Origin: Candidatus Odinarchaeota archaeon
GTDB lineage: Archaea; Asgardarchaeota; Odinarchaeia; Odinarchaeales; Odinarchaeaceae
Direction: 5' to 3'
DNA: 6,221 nt
NCBI GenBank assembly: GCA_038826135.1
Contig: JAWBON010000069.1
Location: forward strand, 1-6,221
This document shows positions 5,759 through 6,221 of the stretch, piece after piece. Numbering within the stretch: the stretch's first letter is position 1; each line of letters begins with the position of its first letter. Under the pieces are notes generated by a model that saw only the letters and a list, made by a program, of their open reading frames with translations, did not search any database and was not told the DNA's origin. A program made the position numbers and the translations under genes.

Positions 5759-6221
5759 ATGAGTGAAGAGAATGTTACTGAAAAAAGGATCCCTGTCAAA
5801 GGAATTAACTGTGCTAAATGTAGACTGGATATTGAAAATGTTTTAACACGTTTTAAAGGTGTTGAAAGCGCTAAAATGGATTATATGACCGGTAACATCT
5901 CTGTGAAATACGATTATAAGAAGACTGATCTACCTGAAATTGAACGTGTTATTGAAAACTTAGGATATAATATAGCCTATAAAGAGTATGAGACTGGTTT
6001 ATCTAAGTTTAAAAAACTGTTCGGTAAGAAAATAAAACATCTTCGAAAAGTTGACGACCATACTTTTCCCGGCCTAGTCTTAGAAACCTGTAAGCTTACA
6101 GTGCTTTTAGTTTACGAGGAAAACTGCGGGGAATGTGAACGCATAGAATCAGAGTTAAACTCGTTAATCCCTGTTTTTAAAAATAAAGTATACTTCTATA
6201 AAGCCGACTGTAAACTTTCAA
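5759..6221 (+). CDS. Heavy-metal-associated (HMA/CopZ-like) domain fused to a thioredoxin-like domain; 3' end truncated by the window edge
   Basis: Manual translation from ATG 5759 is open to the window end: MSEENVTEKRIPVKGINCAKCRLDIENVLTRFKGVESAKMDYMTGNISVKYDYKKTDLPEIERVIENLGYNIAYKEYETGLSKFKKLFGKKIKHLRKVDDHTFPGLVLETCKLTVLLVYEENCGECERIESELNSLIPVFKNKVYFYKADCKLS. The HMA motif is GINCAKC (Cys at 5810 and 5819), with KGV and LGY hallmarks. The thioredoxin-type pattern is 'KVDDHTF...VLLVY...CGEC...KVYFYKAD' (CGEC at 6125-6136). Confidence 0.85.
   Translation, partial: MSEENVTEKRIPVKGINCAKCRLDIENVLTRFKGVESAKMDYMTGNISVKYDYKKTDLPEIERVIENLGYNIAYKEYETGLSKFKKLFGKKIKHLRKVDDHTFPGLVLETCKLTVLLVYEENCGECERIESELNSLIPVFKNKVYFYKADCKLS

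Noticed and set aside
5746-5766. Out-of-frame mini-ORF MRRLNE* overlapping the HMA-Trx start
   Set aside because: It arises from the SD-like sequence itself, is six codons long, and shows no evidence of being a leader peptide.
1-6221. CRISPR arrays, tRNA/rRNA genes, IS ends, iteron or centromere-like (tubC) repeats
   Set aside because: None seen. Intergenic gaps are at most 73 nt and contain no tandem direct repeats. A centromere for a segregation model would have to lie outside this window.

Overview
AT-rich archaeal window, most likely from an Asgard archaeon of the Odinarchaeia. This assignment rests on a 425-aa eukaryote-type tubulin (2937..4214) that I recognise from memory as a close relative of OdinTubulin; no database search was run. 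The tubulin is the third gene of a tightly packed, co-oriented four-gene cluster (493..5703). The other three genes encode a KaiC/RAD55-fold protein with all catalytic motifs degraded, a 545-aa helical protein with a possible C-terminal winged helix, and a 489-aa protein with an unbroken 15-heptad leucine zipper. The cluster is flanked by metal(loid)-detoxification genes: a divergent LMW-PTP-fold arsenate reductase (arsC, 15..419, minus strand) and an HMA-thioredoxin fusion gene (5759..>6221). The fusion gene is missing from the supplied ORF track because it runs off the window edge. The main lead is that the three uncharacterised neighbours may be dedicated accessory factors of an Asgard tubulin cytoskeleton.
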